Made by a program: the position numbers and the translations under genes. Source: Chloroflexota bacterium (lineage in GTDB: Bacteria > Chloroflexota > Limnocylindria > Limnocylindrales > CSP1-4). Taken from it: a stretch of 64,000 nucleotides of DNA. The DNA lies in NCBI GenBank assembly GCA_034436555.1, contig DAOTUU010000021.1, forward strand, positions 36,415 through 100,414. Reading direction: 5' to 3'. Positions 47,970 to 56,839 of this stretch are shown here, in pieces. Each line of letters begins with the position of its first letter. Position 1 is the first letter of the stretch. Below the pieces are notes generated by a model that saw only the letters and a program-made list of their open reading frames with translations, had not been told where the DNA came from and did no database searches.

Positions 47970-48702
47970 CACGGGGATCGCGGGACGTCGCGTCGTGGTC
48001 ACGGGCCATCGCGACGCTCTGGTCGAGGCGATCGCGGCCGCCGCCCGAGACGCCGGGGCCCACGTCGGGCGGGCGCTGGACGCGGATGGGGATCCGCCCG
48101 ACGTCCTGGTGCTCGTGGCGCCGCCGTCCGCCCCCGCGGCGTTCCTCGCGATGTCCGACGACGACTGGTCCGCGACGATGTCCCGTCGGATCCTCGAGCC
48201 CGTCCGCCAGGCGCGCGACGCGGCGTCCCGGATGAGGGAGGGCGGCGGCGGCTCGATCGTGGTCGTCGGCACGCTCGACGCCAGCCACGCGTACGCGGGC
48301 CACGCCGACGCGTCCGTGGCCATGGGCGCGCTGGGCGGCCTGGTCCGGTCCCTGTCGCTGGAGCTCGCCGCGGACCGGATCCGCGCCAACCTGGTGGTGG
48401 CGGGCCCGTTGGATGACGAGTGGCGGCCGCCGATGCCCGCGACATCCGCGGCCGCTGCGACACCCGCGGCCGCTGCGACACCCGCGGCCGCTGCGACGTC
48501 CGCGACATCCGCCGCGACCGCCCTGCGAGACCGGACGCTGCTCCGCTCCCCCTCCGGGCGGTTCGTCCGGCCCGACGAGGTCGCCGCGGCGGTCCTGTTC
48601 GTGGCCGGTGAGGACGCGGGCTTCATGACCGGCGCGGTGATGCGCGTGGATGCCGGGTGGGGATCGCTCAACCAGGCGCCCGACGGGATGCGCTTCGCCT
48701 GA
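47962..48702 (+). CDS. Degenerate SDR-like protein lacking canonical motifs
   Basis: C-terminal half is SDR-like (LVRSLSLELA..RIRAN, PDEVAAAVLF, MTGAVMRVDAGW), but no GxxxGxG or YxxxK is present; internal 18-bp repeat. Confidence 0.7.
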   Translation: MADTGIAGRRVVVTGHRDALVEAIAAAARDAGAHVGRALDADGDPPDVLVLVAPPSAPAAFLAMSDDDWSATMSRRILEPVRQARDAASRMREGGGGSIVVVGTLDASHAYAGHADASVAMGALGGLVRSLSLELAADRIRANLVVAGPLDDEWRPPMPATSAAAATPAAAATPAAAATSATSAATALRDRTLLRSPSGRFVRPDEVAAAVLFVAGEDAGFMTGAVMRVDAGWGSLNQAPDGMRFA

Positions 48703-48711
48703 CCGCGGCCG

Positions 48712-50595
48712 TCAGCCGGGGAGCGCGACCCAGGCCACGCCGACCGACTCCGCGACCAGGTCGCAGTCCCATCGCTCGGGACGCACGGTGATCGCGTGCG
48801 TGCCGTCGACGGTGGCGCTGAAGTCGACCCACTCCACGTTGCTCGCATCCACCCGAGCGCGGCTGGTGCGATCTGGGTGCACCGACGCGCCGGAGGGATC
48901 GCGCACCACCAGGTCCAGGTCGGCCCTGCGGCGGTCCGAGCCACCTCCCGACCGGTTGGGTCGCCCGGCATGGCTCATCCAGGCGATCGCCACGCGGATG
49001 CGCCTGCCGGCATGTGCCGAGAACGCCAGGGTCGCGGGCATCCCGGCGCGACAGCCGCCCTCACCCACGCGGGAGTCGAGCGTCCGGGCGGTGTACCCGC
49101 CCGTGTCACGGAGCGCGCCCCGGCGTCCCGTGACGATGGCGTGCGCCCAGTCCACCGCGAGCGTCCCCGCACCCTCTCGATCGACGGAGAGCCGACCCCC
49201 GGTCCGGACCGGCGTGCGGTGGGCCCGCGAGCTGGCCAGGAGGATCGCCTTGACCACGTGGGGCTGCGTGGCCAGCGCGGGATCGCGCGCCAGCAGCGTG
49301 GCGGCCGCGCCGCTGACCATCGGCGTCGCGTAGGACGTGCCGGACGACAAGGGGTAGCCCGCCACGCCGATGTTCCGGGCCACCGCGGACAGCTCCGGCT
49401 TGAGGCGCCGGTCCCGATCGCCCGACTGGCCGGGCGGGTCGGCGGTGCACACCGCGTCGCGGCCACCCTCCGACCAGAGGCGGTCGTCCGACCAGCTCGC
49501 GGTGCCCCCGTCGTCGGTGCCTCCCACGGTCAGCACGTTCCAGGCGGTCGCGGGAGACACGGGCACGCCGCTGGGACACGTGCCATAGACCGCGTTGCCG
49601 GAGGCCACCGCGATGAACACGCCGTAGGTCCGCACGAGGTGGTCCACGAACGTCCGCAGGTAGCCCTGGCGTCGCGGCTCCGAGAGGCTGAGGTTGATGA
49701 CGTCCGCGTCACCCCGGACGATGGCGCACTCGATCGCCTTGGCGACGCGTGCGGCGGTCTCGCGGTTGTCCTGGGCGGGCATGTCGATGGACGTCTGGAC
49801 GATCGTCGCGCCGGGCGCGATGCCACGGGGCGCGGCGGCCGAGCGGCCCGCGATGATCGCCGCCACGCGCGTCATGTGGCTCACGCTCGCATCGGGATGG
49901 CGCGGGTCGCCGGAGCGGCAGGCCAGACCCCGGCCGGTGCGCGCCACGCGCAGCCTCTGGCGCGGCACGTCCCCCAGGGTCGGGCGACTGAAGTCGATCC
50001 GAGCGTACTCCACCACGGCCACCCGGACGCCGTCACCGCGATGCCCCGCCGCGAACACGGCCGGTGCCCCGATCGTGGGATACGCCGTGGCCATCTCGAG
50101 CCGGACATCGCCCGCGGGCTCCACCGCGCTGACCAGCGGGGACGCCCGCAGGGCCGCCTCCTGCGCCGGAGTGACGGCGGCGACCACGAGCGGCGCGGTC
50201 CGGTAGCTGGTGAGGTCCCGCACGCCGAGCGCCACGGCAGCGACCCGGAAGGCGTGGGTCAGCCGACGCGCCGCCCTCGCATGGACGCGCACCAACGCCC
50301 TGCGCAGGGCGCGCGCGTCGTCGAGCGTGCGGATCTCGGGTGTGCCGTCAGGATGGACGCGCAGGCCGGACCGGGCGATGGCCGCGGCGCGCAGGGCGTC
50401 GTCATCGCGGGCGTCGGACCCGATCCAGAAGCCCATCGGACGCAGCGGGCCCGTCGCGGCGGGGGCACCCGCGGACCTCTCGGGCGTGGCGCCCGCGACC
50501 GTCGCGGACGGGGCGACCAGCGCCACGCACAGCACCGGCAGGATCATCCAGCGGACGACCCGGGCCCCGCGCCGGCGATGGCGCGGCGGGTTCAC
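48712..50595 (-). CDS. Secreted S8 (subtilisin-like) peptidase
   Basis: Signal peptide, propeptide, HMTRVAAII, ASGN, KPELSA and SGTSYATPMVSG motifs, plus a C-terminal beta domain. Confidence 0.85.
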   Translation of the reverse strand: MNPPRHRRRGARVVRWMILPVLCVALVAPSATVAGATPERSAGAPAATGPLRPMGFWIGSDARDDDALRAAAIARSGLRVHPDGTPEIRTLDDARALRRALVRVHARAARRLTHAFRVAAVALGVRDLTSYRTAPLVVAAVTPAQEAALRASPLVSAVEPAGDVRLEMATAYPTIGAPAVFAAGHRGDGVRVAVVEYARIDFSRPTLGDVPRQRLRVARTGRGLACRSGDPRHPDASVSHMTRVAAIIAGRSAAAPRGIAPGATIVQTSIDMPAQDNRETAARVAKAIECAIVRGDADVINLSLSEPRRQGYLRTFVDHLVRTYGVFIAVASGNAVYGTCPSGVPVSPATAWNVLTVGGTDDGGTASWSDDRLWSEGGRDAVCTADPPGQSGDRDRRLKPELSAVARNIGVAGYPLSSGTSYATPMVSGAAATLLARDPALATQPHVVKAILLASSRAHRTPVRTGGRLSVDREGAGTLAVDWAHAIVTGRRGALRDTGGYTARTLDSRVGEGGCRAGMPATLAFSAHAGRRIRVAIAWMSHAGRPNRSGGGSDRRRADLDLVVRDPSGASVHPDRTSRARVDASNVEWVDFSATVDGTHAITVRPERWDCDLVAESVGVAWVALPG

Positions 50596-52508
50596 CAGTC
50601 CATGAGCGACGCCTGGCGGACGGCCTTCATGAGCGCCTTGCCGTCGTCCGTCGCGGGATCGAGGAAGTTCGGCTGCGCCTGGTCATGCGACAGGAACGGG
50701 TGGAGCCGCAGCTGGACCAGCTCCTTGCCGTGGAAGGTCGCCTCCAGGAGCACCGATTCCATCGTGTAGGTGGCCCAGTTCTGGTCGAAGATGAAGTTCC
50801 CCAGGGAGTAGAACACGGGCATCCCATCGATCTCGCCGATGCCGCCCGCCACGTGGCTGTGGGCGCCCACGATGAGGTCCGCTCCGGCCTCGGCCCACTG
50901 CGCGGCCCATCGCTGCTGGCTGAGGAGCGGGTCGCGGTCGTACTCGACACCCCAGTGCGGGAACACGATCACGAAGTCGGCCCGGGTCTTCGCCTCGCGG
51001 ATCTGGTTCGCCATCTTCTTGGGCTTGCAGGGCATGACACCGCCGCTGGAGCGCGTCGCACCCGTCCACGAGAGGCCGATCGAGGAACAGGGGAGGATGG
51101 CGACCTTCACTCCCTTCACGTCCAGGATGCTGTACTGGCTGGCCTGCTTGAGGTCCCGTCCGGCACCCGCGTACTTGATGCCGAAGCGGTCCAGGTTCTT
51201 GCGCGTGTCGGCGATGCCGTCGGTGCCGAAGTCCTTGATGTGGTTGTTGGCGAGCGACATCCAGTCGATGCCCGCCCGCTGGAAGATCTCCGTCAGCGCG
51301 GGCTTGCCCGAGAACACGAAGCCGTGGAGGTGGAACACCCAGTTGTCCGGGATCGGACTCTCGTGGTTGGCGATGGCCAGGTCGGCGTCCTTGACCATGT
51401 CCCGGACGATGCCCTTCGGCCCGCCGAGCTTGTAGCTGGGCACCGGATGGCCGGGCGTCACGAATGGGCCGCAGCAGTAGTGGCCGGTGACCCGGGCGGT
51501 GCCGCCGGCGAAGGGATAGTCGATGCCCTTGTTGCGGTTCACGACGCGCTCGTAGATGCCCCGGTCGGTGAACGAGTCGCCACCCGCCACGAGCGTCCAG
51601 GTGGAGCGCTGGTCCCAGGTGCTGCCCGCGGGGCCCTGGACGGTGGCGGTGAGCGGCCAGTTGTCCAGCTTGAGGATGCGGTCGTTGCCGAACAGCTCGC
51701 GGTCGTTGATGCCCAGGGCGCGCACCCGGAACGTCACGTCAGAGGCACGCAGGATGCCCAGGTTGCGCTGCTTGCGCGACTTCACCGCACGCTCGATCGC
51801 GGCGGGATCCACCTCCTCGACGCGGTCGGCGATGGAGATGCCCAGGGCGCCCTCGATCGCCGCGCGGTCCCCGGTCGGGATGAGCACCCGCGCCCACGAT
51901 CTGCCGCCGGTGAGCGCGTCCACGAGGTCCGCCCGGGAGATCGCGGTCTGGGTGCCCCAGTAGCTGATGACCGGCACGAACGGCATCCGCAGCTCCACGA
52001 TCGCCGCCGGGTCGAGCAGCGGAACCGCGCTGGCCAGCGGGTCCGGCGAGGCCAGGGGGTCCGGCGAGGCCAGGGGGTCCGGCGAGGTCGCGGCGAGGCC
52101 CGGGGAGGCCAGGGCGACGAGCAGGCCCGACGGGTCGGCCGATGAGGACGGGCCTGCCTGGGTCACGGCCGCCACGGGCGCCGGCGAACCGATCGGCATC
52201 ACCGGGACAGCGAGCCGGTCAGGTGGAGAAGTCGGATGATCGGGGAGGGCGGCCGCGGGCGCCACGGGGATGGCGGGCGTGCCCGGCGCGGTGGCGGGCT
52301 CCTTGCGCGCGCTGCCCATCGCCACGAAGAACGCGATCGAGGCGAGCACGAACAGCGCCCCGAGCACGATCACCAGCGCCTTGGAGAACGTCGGACTCGA
52401 CGTGACGCCGCCCGGGGAGGCGCGAGGCGCCAGGATCGGCCGGACGATGGGGACGCTCGAGGTGGGGGCCTCGGGCTCGTGACTCGGAGAGGCGATGCCG
52501 CGGGTCAT
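50592..52508 (-). CDS. Membrane-anchored CapA-family metallophosphoesterase-like protein
   Basis: One TM segment; GGDS, ANHESP, LANNHIKDFG, FPHWG.EY, GAHSH and YSLGNFIFDQ motifs. Confidence 0.88.
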   Translation of the reverse strand: MTRGIASPSHEPEAPTSSVPIVRPILAPRASPGGVTSSPTFSKALVIVLGALFVLASIAFFVAMGSARKEPATAPGTPAIPVAPAAALPDHPTSPPDRLAVPVMPIGSPAPVAAVTQAGPSSSADPSGLLVALASPGLAATSPDPLASPDPLASPDPLASAVPLLDPAAIVELRMPFVPVISYWGTQTAISRADLVDALTGGRSWARVLIPTGDRAAIEGALGISIADRVEEVDPAAIERAVKSRKQRNLGILRASDVTFRVRALGINDRELFGNDRILKLDNWPLTATVQGPAGSTWDQRSTWTLVAGGDSFTDRGIYERVVNRNKGIDYPFAGGTARVTGHYCCGPFVTPGHPVPSYKLGGPKGIVRDMVKDADLAIANHESPIPDNWVFHLHGFVFSGKPALTEIFQRAGIDWMSLANNHIKDFGTDGIADTRKNLDRFGIKYAGAGRDLKQASQYSILDVKGVKVAILPCSSIGLSWTGATRSSGGVMPCKPKKMANQIREAKTRADFVIVFPHWGVEYDRDPLLSQQRWAAQWAEAGADLIVGAHSHVAGGIGEIDGMPVFYSLGNFIFDQNWATYTMESVLLEATFHGKELVQLRLHPFLSHDQAQPNFLDPATDDGKALMKAVRQASLMDW

Positions 52509-52608
52509 GCGTGAGCAGTCTGCCACCCTTGGCGATTCGGCGGGGATTCCGGGCCGGGCGCCACGTCGGTGGGCGCGCACTCGCCAGGAGCGGGAGGGGG
52601 GAGGGAGA

Positions 52609-52685
52609 TGGCGGACCCGACCGGATTCGAACCGGCGATCTCCAGCGTGACAGGCTGGCATGTTGGGCCGCTACACCACGGGTCC
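52609..52685 (-). tRNA. tRNA-Asp (GTC), CCA encoded
   Basis: Reverse complement GGACCCGTGGTGTAGCGGCCCAACATGCCAGCCTGTCACGCTGGAGATCGCCGGTTCGAATCCGGTCGGGTCCGCCA folds as a cloverleaf, 77 nt. Confidence 0.97.
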
Positions 52686-52863
52686 GCTGCGGCGAACGCG
52701 GAGCATAGCAGGAGTCGCCCCGACCGTCCGGCGAGCGAGCGATGCGGATCCGCCGGACCCGGCGCGAGCGGAGACACCGGGCGGCGACGTCGGGCGGCGA
52801 CGTCGGGCGCCGGCGCGAGCGCGCGCGACGGGTCGACCGCATCCGGCGGTATCCTGCCCTCCC

Positions 52864-53982
52864 ATGCCCGATCTCATCGACCTGCGCTCCGACACCGTCA
52901 CCAAACCCACTCCCGAGATGCGCCGCGCCATGGCAGCGGCGGAGGTGGGAGACGATGTCTTCGGGGATGATCCGACGACGATCGCCCTGGAGGAGCGCGC
53001 CGTCGAGCTCACCGGCAAGGAGGCCGCCCTGTTCGTGTCGAGCGGCACGATGGGCAACCTCGTGTCCCATCTCTCCTGGGTGCCGCGCGGCAGCGAGATC
53101 ATCGCGGAGGCGGGCTCGCACGTCTCCTGGGACGAGGGCGCTGGCCACGCGGTCATCAGCGGTGCCTCGCTGCGCACGGTCAAGGCACGCCGCGACGGGA
53201 CCCTCGATGCCCAGGAGGTGGAGGACCTGATGCAGGACGACTCGGACGTCCACATCGCGCCCACCGCCCTGCTGGTCCTGGAGAACACGCACGCGGTGTC
53301 CGGAGGCCAGCCGCTTCCGGCCGACTATCTCGACGCCATGTCGGCGCTGGCCCATCGGCATGGCGTGAAGACCCACGTGGACGGCGCACGGCTGTTCAAC
53401 GCGGTCGTGGCGCTCCAGACGCCCGCGAGCCGGCTGCTGCGCGAGGTGGACTCGGCCACGTTCTGCCTGTCCAAGGGCCTCGCATGCCCGGTCGGGTCGA
53501 TCGTGGTCGGCCCCCGCGACTTCGTCTGGCGGGCGCGGCGGGCGCGCAAGATGGTCGGTGGCGGCATGCGCCAGGTGGGCATCCTCGCGGCGGCCGGTCT
53601 CATCGCCCTCCAGGACGGCCCGTCGGGCATGATCGACCGGCTCGCGGACGACCATGTCAACGCCCGCCGGCTGGCCGAGGCGCTCGCGGGATCGGCGGGC
53701 ATCGGCCGCCTCGATCCGAGCTGGGTCCGCACGAACTTCGTGCTGTTCGCCGTGATGCGACCCGGCCAGGACACCCAGGACCGCCCCGACCCGGCGCTGC
53801 GCGCGGCGTTCGTGGAATGCTGCCGGCGGGACGGCGTGCTGCTCGTCAACTACCCCGACGGCATGGTCCGCGCCTGCACCCACCACGGCATCGAGCCAGA
53901 GCACATCGAGCGGACCATCGCGGTCATGCGCGCGGCGCTCGTCGAGATCGGGGCCGCACCGGCCGTCTCCGCAGCCAGGTGA
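52864..53982 (+). CDS. ltaE: Low-specificity L-threonine aldolase
   Basis: IDLRSDTVT, GDDVFGDDPT, SGTMGN, ENTH, HVDGARLFN, CLSKGL and GGGMRQ motifs. Confidence 0.93.
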   Translation: MPDLIDLRSDTVTKPTPEMRRAMAAAEVGDDVFGDDPTTIALEERAVELTGKEAALFVSSGTMGNLVSHLSWVPRGSEIIAEAGSHVSWDEGAGHAVISGASLRTVKARRDGTLDAQEVEDLMQDDSDVHIAPTALLVLENTHAVSGGQPLPADYLDAMSALAHRHGVKTHVDGARLFNAVVALQTPASRLLREVDSATFCLSKGLACPVGSIVVGPRDFVWRARRARKMVGGGMRQVGILAAAGLIALQDGPSGMIDRLADDHVNARRLAEALAGSAGIGRLDPSWVRTNFVLFAVMRPGQDTQDRPDPALRAAFVECCRRDGVLLVNYPDGMVRACTHHGIEPEHIERTIAVMRAALVEIGAAPAVSAAR

Positions 53983-55676
53983 CGGCACCGGAGCTGAGGT
54001 CGATCGCGGCGCCCGTCGTCGCGACCGAGGGAGACCGAGCGTTCGCGGACCTCATCGCGGACCACTTCGAGGCGCTCATGGAGCGCAGCCCGGCGGTCGC
54101 GACCTACCTGGGCATCCACGCCCACGACCACCGACTGGCGGACTTCTCGCGAGACGCGTTCCTCGCGGGCATGGACGCCGAGCGGCGCCACGAGTCAGCG
54201 CTGGAGGCCATCGACCCCGCCGGCCTCTCGCCGGCCACCGCGTTCGAGCGGGAGGTGGCCCTGTTCGTCGTGCGCCGCGCCCGCTTCGATGCGGAGGTCC
54301 ACCGCGCCTGGGAGCGCCGCGCACACGCCGCCGACGAGATCGGCGACTCGCTGTTCCTGCTGTTCGCCCGTGACTTCGCGCCGCTCGCGGAGCGCCTGGA
54401 GGCGATCACGGAGCGGCTCGTGGCGACCCCCGACGCGCTCCGGCGGGTCCGCGACCGACTCGGTCCCCGACCCGTCCGGCTGTGGCTCCAGCTCGAGATC
54501 GACGGCCTGCGCACGCTCCCCTCGTTCATCGAGTCGATCGTCGCGGCCGGACCGGAGGCATGGGGTGGCGACGACCCTCGCCAGGCTCGCCTGGCGCGCG
54601 CCGCGGCCGCCGCCCTGACCGCGATGCACGAGTACGCCGACTGGCTGCGCACGCAGCTGCCGCGCGCCGGCGACGAGTACGCCCTGGGCGGCGCGGACCT
54701 CGAGACCCTCATCCGGCTGCGTGCGCTCGACGGCCTCGACGGCGACGCGATCCTGGCCATCGGGCTGGAGCAGCTGGAGCTCCAGCACCTGGCCCGCGCG
54801 GAGGCGGCGCGCGAGATGGCGGGCTCACCGGACGAGGCGACCGCCGTGGACCGGGTGAAGGCAGACCACCCGGCGACCTTCGAGGCGGCCCTCGAGGGAT
54901 ATCGGGATGCGATGCACCGGGCGCGCGCGTTCGTGATCGCCCACGACCTGGCGACCATGCCATCGGACGAGGTGCTGGAGGTCATCCCGACCCCGGCCTA
55001 CCTGCGCGCCGTGATGCCCTTCGCGGCGTACTTCGCACCCGCCGCGTTCGACCGGCCGCGCCGCGGCACGTACATCGTCACGCCGTCCGTGGACGGCGAT
55101 CCGGGCGCCATGCGGGAGCACAACTGGGCGTCCATCAGCAACACCAGCATCCATGAGGCCTACCCGGGCCACCATCAGCAGCTGACCGCGGCGCTCGCCC
55201 GTCCCACGCTCTCGCGGCTGCTCCTGGATGCCCCCGAGTTCGTGGAGGGCTGGGGGATGTACTCGGAGCTGCTGCTCCGGGAGCACGGCTTCGACGCGAC
55301 GCCGGAACATCGCGTCGCGCTCGCCACGGACGCCATCTGGCGCGCGTGCCGGATCATCCTGGACATCCGACTCCATCGCGGCGAGATCGGCACGGCGGAG
55401 GCGATCGACTTCCTGGTGGAGCACACGGGCTTCGAGCGTCCGAACGCGACCGCGGAGGTGAACCGCTACACCTCCTCCCCGACCTATCAGCTGTCCTACC
55501 TCCTGGGCCGGGAGCTGATCCTGCGCCTGCGGGCCGACGAGCAGGCCCGCCTGGGCGACGCCTTCTCGCTGCGGCGGTTCCATGACGGGATGCTGTGGTC
55601 CGGCTGCCTGCCCGTGAGCTTCCATCGACGGCTGCTGGCGGGCGAGGGCGGCGGGCCGATCCTGCCGGAGGGCTGA
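53979..55676 (+). CDS. DUF885 family metallopeptidase-like protein
   Basis: P..ATYLG, HEAYPGHH, FVEGWGMYSE, R.CR...D..LH and PTYQLSY..G motifs; GTGA overlap with ltaE. Confidence 0.9.
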   Translation: MTAPELRSIAAPVVATEGDRAFADLIADHFEALMERSPAVATYLGIHAHDHRLADFSRDAFLAGMDAERRHESALEAIDPAGLSPATAFEREVALFVVRRARFDAEVHRAWERRAHAADEIGDSLFLLFARDFAPLAERLEAITERLVATPDALRRVRDRLGPRPVRLWLQLEIDGLRTLPSFIESIVAAGPEAWGGDDPRQARLARAAAAALTAMHEYADWLRTQLPRAGDEYALGGADLETLIRLRALDGLDGDAILAIGLEQLELQHLARAEAAREMAGSPDEATAVDRVKADHPATFEAALEGYRDAMHRARAFVIAHDLATMPSDEVLEVIPTPAYLRAVMPFAAYFAPAAFDRPRRGTYIVTPSVDGDPGAMREHNWASISNTSIHEAYPGHHQQLTAALARPTLSRLLLDAPEFVEGWGMYSELLLREHGFDATPEHRVALATDAIWRACRIILDIRLHRGEIGTAEAIDFLVEHTGFERPNATAEVNRYTSSPTYQLSYLLGRELILRLRADEQARLGDAFSLRRFHDGMLWSGCLPVSFHRRLLAGEGGGPILPEG

Positions 55677-56374
55677 TGCAGGTCATCCCGAGCATCGACC
55701 TGGTGCGCGGTCGCTCCCGCCTCGTGTGGTGGCCGGGCGCGTCCACCGGCTCGGGCACGCCCACCGACCGCCCCGAGCGCATCGCGAGCGCGTTCGTGGA
55801 GCTGGGCGCGCCGCTGATCCATCTCGTGGACATGGATGGACCCGGACAGGGACGGCCCGTGAACCTGGGGGAGATCGCGGCGGTCTCCCGAGCCGTGGGC
55901 GTGCCGCTCCAGCTGGCGGGCGGCGTGGACGGGCCGGAGCAGATCGACCTCGCCTTCGCCGCCGGTGCGACCCGGGTGGTGCTGCCGATGTGGCTGGCCG
56001 CGGAGGATCCCGGTCGCCTGGCGGCCTGCGTCCGACGGGCGGGCGACTGGCTCGCCGTGGGCCTGGACGCGCGCCCGGAGCGCCTCGCGGAGTATCCCTG
56101 GCCGCGCCCGGTGCGACCCACCCTGGAGGCCCTCATCGGCGAGCTGGCCAGGGCGGGCGTCGGCCGATTCGTGCTCAGCCACGCGGGCGCCGACCTGCCG
56201 CGCCTGCGCGCGCTCATCGCCGCCACGGATGCGGAGGTGCTGGTGGCGGGCGGCGTCACCTCGCCGGCGGTCATCGGCGAGCTGCGGGACGCGGGCGTCC
56301 ACGGCGTGATCCTGGGCGAGGTCCTGTTCACCGGCGCGATCGACCTGGCGGACGCGCTGGCGGCGGCAGCCTGA
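55676..56374 (+). CDS. Divergent HisA/HisF-like (beta/alpha)8 barrel protein
   Basis: MQVIPSIDL, IHLVDMDG, QLAGGV, GA.RVV, GLDAR, AGGV and GVILGE.LF motifs; TGATG overlap with DUF885. Confidence 0.75.
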   Translation: MQVIPSIDLVRGRSRLVWWPGASTGSGTPTDRPERIASAFVELGAPLIHLVDMDGPGQGRPVNLGEIAAVSRAVGVPLQLAGGVDGPEQIDLAFAAGATRVVLPMWLAAEDPGRLAACVRRAGDWLAVGLDARPERLAEYPWPRPVRPTLEALIGELARAGVGRFVLSHAGADLPRLRALIAATDAEVLVAGGVTSPAVIGELRDAGVHGVILGEVLFTGAIDLADALAAAA

Positions 56375-56414
56375 AAGATTTAGGAAAGTTAACCGGTGAA
56401 TCCGCCCGAACCGG

Positions 56415-56444
56415 TTGAGATCCCGTTCGAGGTTCGTGTATTCT
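56415..56444 (+). promoter_or_regulatory. Sigma70-like promoter of the ncRNA
   Basis: TTGAGA (56415-56420), 18-nt spacer, TATTCT (56439-56444), with an AT-rich upstream tract at 56375-56400. Confidence 0.65.
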
Positions 56445-56450
56445 CTCGTC

Positions 56451-56594
56451 AGTGCTGCTGGTCAGCATGACTGCCCCAGGCACAAGGTCATGGGTAGGTC
56501 GGGTTAGGGTAGCCGGTGCAGCCGGCGTTATAGATGCCCTTGTGACGCGGCAGAAGACCTGAGGCTCACGCCTCTGGCTTCACCGGGACAGTGC
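56451..56594 (+). ncRNA. Stand-alone structured ncRNA, 6S RNA-like candidate
   Basis: Lies between a promoter and a terminator with no credible ORF. The 5' gtgctg-ctggt pairs with 3' accgg-cagtgc; inner taggtc/gacctg, agggta/tgccct and gccgg/ccggc stems; side hairpins catgac/gtcatg and gaggc/gcctc. Confidence 0.65.
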
Positions 56595-56595
56595 A

Positions 56596-56629
56596 GGCGG
56601 CCCCGCTTCGGCGGGGCCGCCTCGTTTTC
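56596..56629 (+). terminator. Intrinsic terminator
   Basis: ggcggccccgc-ttcg-gcggggccgcc (11-bp stem, UUCG loop) followed by tcgttttct. Confidence 0.88.
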
Positions 56630-56839
56630 TGTGCGGGGCCGACGGGCGCCTGGTCGCCAGCCCTGGCGGGGCCGCCGGTCGGCCGTGGCCGTCGACCGGA
56701 CCGCAGGGCGCGCTGACGGTTCCCGGAGGTCCCGATACACTCCGCCGATCACGCCCGCTCCGCCCGTCGAGCGAGGCCCATCCGGAGCCAGACCCAAGAT
56801 GCGCCACCGTCGTCAGCCAGCCGTGCCGACACCCGACCG

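Noticed and set aside
50592-52508. Poly-gamma-glutamate capsule locus
   Set aside because: Only a CapA-family domain is present; capB/capC are absent and stand-alone CapA homologs are widespread.
52609-52685. Mobile element integrated at tRNA-Asp
   Set aside because: The flanking genes look like ordinary chromosomal genes; there is no integrase and no duplicated tRNA 3' end.
55676-56374. Naming this gene hisA
   Set aside because: It is outside a his operon and a key catalytic loop appears missing, so the symbol was withheld.
56451-56594. SRP RNA, tmRNA, RNase P RNA or a riboswitch
   Set aside because: It lacks the SRP domain IV motif, tRNA-like ends and RNase P length. The terminator is followed by about 210 bp before the next gene and no antiterminator was evident, so a stand-alone RNA fits better.
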